Shown here in pieces: positions 61,491 through 64,000 of a stretch of 64,000 nucleotides of DNA. Both the position numbers and the translations under genes were made by a program. The notes under the pieces are model-generated. The model ran no database searches, was not told the DNA's origin, and saw nothing but the letters and a program-made list of their open reading frames with translations. How positions within the stretch are numbered: position 1 is the first letter of the stretch; the number at the start of each line of letters is the position of its first letter. Source of the stretch: Macrostomum hystrix (lineage: Eukaryota > Animalia > Platyhelminthes); contig CATNEN010000002.1 of the NCBI GenBank assembly GCA_950097015.1, positions 5,828,001 through 5,892,000 of the forward strand, given 5' to 3'.

Positions 61491-62019
61491 TGATTTCTTG
61501 ATTCCAGCTACGGCTTAGACCTAATCGACAGTAAGAGAGAGGGAGAGAGAGAGGGAGAGAGAGAGGGAGAGAGAGAGGGATAGAGAGGGAAGATCATGCT
61601 GTTGCTGCACTTCTCATCATTGCCAATTTCGCTTTTATTACCGGCATGAGGATGGCTGGCTGCAGCTCGAGCGGCATGGCAACAGGCGGTCTGCGGTCTC
61701 TCCCACCTCCATTCTGATCTGGGGGCAGCCAAGCATCTCAGCTAGGAGATATTCTTTGTTGCTGGGCCCGAAAGAATGAGATTTTGCGGGCCACTCAGCT
61801 TGCCCAAATTTAGCCTGAATGCATAGGCTGAAAAATGGGCATACTCAACGGACTCATAATGAATTGCACTTTGTCGAAATTTATTGACATGTTTTTCGCC
61901 CAAATCAATATTAATCTATTGATCCTCCTGATTGTGGTGGTAATTCTAGAACTTTCCTATATTGCTTTGAAATTATTTTAGCAAAGTTAAAGGTCAGAAT
62001 GGCGCGGCACATTTAAAAG

Positions 62020-62135
62020 GCTCTGTACAGCTGTTCAGTCCATGGACACGGATTTTACAACTGGGCGAACTGAAGGAATGGGAAATTATCGGTTTTGCTC
62101 AGGTGGACTGGGACTCGAACTCCCGACCTAAGGGC
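62020..62135 (-). mobile_element. Highly decayed family-A SINE remnant
   Basis: GCTGTTCAGTCCATGGAC, CTGGGCGAACTGAAG and a B-box-like GGACTCGAACTCCCGACC. Confidence 0.55.
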
Positions 62136-62678
62136 TCTAATTTCTAATGAGTCAAATTCCGATTACTTTCAAAAGAAGGTTAAGTAACTTCAACCCTAAA
62201 ATAAATTATCTAGAAAAGTGCAAAGTAGTGTCGCATTCATGCTATAAAATAGCCGCTAACACTAAAGTGTTGCAAACATCAGTTGTACTTTTATACTGCA
62301 TTGCAGAGACGAAGCTATACCAGAACTCATTTTCATGATGGCATCCAGTTATGAATTTTCTCAGCCCCTCACTGCCAGTCACCGAATATCCAATATGCCG
62401 GCTTGAAGTCGTGACTTCGCTTAACTTATGAGTCCGTTTTCCTGAGTCAGGGAGAATTTTCATCCAACATCTGCTGCTCGGAAGTGATTGCCTAGTCCGA
62501 CAAGTCAAGTCGCTTTTGCTTCCGGTAGTGCAGAGCTCCTCCCGTCAGAATTGGTCGCCATAAGAAAATTCTTCAACGATTCGAAGAAAATCATTAACTC
62601 GCGGTTCGAGTCTATTTATAGATTGAGCACAAACCTCACGGGGATAGCTTGTTTGCAGGCAGTTTTTAACTTCTATAG

Positions 62679-62745
62679 CAGGGGTCGGCGAACTCCAGCC
62701 CGCGGGTCAGATGCGGCCCTCGAAGGTTCAATCCGGCCCGTTGCC
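62679..62745 (+). mobile_element. hAT (Charlie/SPIN-type) terminus
   Basis: CAGGGGTCGGCGAACTCCAGCCCGCGGGTCAGATGCGGCCC...ATCCGGCCCG resembles Charlie-type ends; preceded by TTCTATAG, which resembles the hAT-Charlie NTCTAGAN target. Confidence 0.6.
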
Positions 62746-62774
62746 CCTTCTGACATCTACAGTGTCCTGTTTCC

Positions 62775-64000
62775 TCTCTCCCATGTCTCATCTCTCCCGT
62801 GTCTCATCTCTCCCGTGTCTCATCTCTCCCGTGTCTCATCTCTCTCGTGTCTCATCTCTCCCGTGTCTAATCTCTGACGTGTCTCATCTCTCCCGTGTCT
62901 CATCTTTCCCGTGTCTCATCTCTCCCGTGTCTCATCTTTCCCATGTCTCATCTCTCCCATGTCTCATCTCTCCCATGTCTCATCTCTCCCGTGTCTCATC
63001 TCTCCCGTGTCTCATCTTTCCCATGTCTCATCTCTCCCATGTCTCATCTCTCCCGTGTCTCATCTCTCTCGTGTCTCATCTCTCCCGTATCTTATCTCAC
63101 CCCTGTCTCATCTCTCCCGTGTCTCATCTCTCCCGTGTCTCATCTCTCCCGTGTCTCATCTCTCCCGTGTCTCATCTCTCCCGTGTCTCATCTCTCTTGT
63201 GTCCCATCTCTCCCGTGTCTCATCTCTCCCGTGTCTCATCTCTCCCGTGTCTCATCTCTCCCGTGTCTCATCTCTCCCGTGTCTCATCTCTCCCATGTCT
63301 CATCTCTCCCATGTCTCATCTCTCCCATGTCTCATCTCTCCCATGTCTCATCTCTCCCGTGTCTTATCTCTCCCATGTCTCATCTCTCCCATGTCTCATC
63401 TCTCCCGTGTCTCATCTCTCTCGTGTCTCATCTCTCCCGTATCTTATCTCACCCCTGTCTCATCTCTCCCGTGTCTCATCTCTCCCGTGTCTCATCTCTC
63501 CCGTGTCTCATCTCTCCCGTGTCTCATCTCTCCCGTGTCTCATCTCTCTTGTGTCCCATCTCTCCCGTGTCTCATCTCTCCCGTGTCTCATCTCTCCCGT
63601 GTCTCATCTCTCCCATGTCTCATCTCTCCCGTGTCTCATCTCTCCCGTGTCTCATCTCTCCCGTGTCTCATCTCTCCCGTGTCTCATCTCTCTTGTGTCC
63701 CATCTCTCCCGTGTCTCATCTCTCCCGTGTCTTATCTCTCCCGTGTCTCATCTCTCCCATATCTCATCTCTCCCATGTCTCATCTCTCCCATGTCTCATC
63801 TCTCCCATGTCTCATCTCTCCCATGTCTCATCTCTCCCGTGTCTCATCTCTCCCGTGTCTCATCTCTCCCGTGTCTCATCTCTCCCGTGTCTCATCTCTC
63901 CCGTGTCTCATCTCTCCCGTGTCTCATCTCTCCCCTGTCTCATCTCTCCCGTGTCTCATCTCTCCCGTGTCTCATCTGTCTCGTGTCTCATCTCTCCCGT
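62775..64000. repeat. 16-bp minisatellite (TCTCCCGTGTCTCATC), >1.2 kb, runs off the right edge
   Basis: Tandem copies. Confidence 0.99.

Overview
Eukaryotic (animal) genomic DNA with GC-rich exons, AT-rich spacers and very dense minisatellites. The style suggests a free-living flatworm such as Macrostomum; this is inference, not verified. I reconstructed spliced genes by hand from GT-AG junctions and reading-frame phase. Plus strand: a MYND zinc-finger gene, a VPS37-family gene and a small 2-TM ORF. Minus strand: six consecutive co-oriented genes, in transcription order EHD1-like, SRD5A3/polyprenol reductase, SNIP1, a claudin/PMP22-like 4-TM protein, an RGS3-like C2-PDZ-PH protein with no RGS box, and a C16orf89/DUF4735-like secreted protein. 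An orphan F-type-lectin exon with an in-frame stop follows them. Mobile DNA: the 5' end of an LTR retrotransposon with a tRNA-iMet PBS, a mariner element carrying a piggyBac transposase fragment, an internally deleted Tc1/IS630-like element with long TIRs, a Merlin-like derivative, a MITE with tandem-repeat TIRs, a hAT end, and several tRNA-derived CORE-like SINEs. Nearly every large intron is filled by its own minisatellite; the largest is about 6.3 kb. The most unusual features are minisatellite units that contain complete splice junctions, a 16-copy stem-loop array right after the VPS37 stop, the same minisatellites recurring at distant sites in inverted orientation, shared core motifs across different arrays, and AG acceptors just upstream of most start codons (candidate SL trans-splicing/operons). 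Most of the long low-complexity ORFs in the supplied track are artefacts of repeats. No CRISPR array, rRNA or intact tRNA gene was found.
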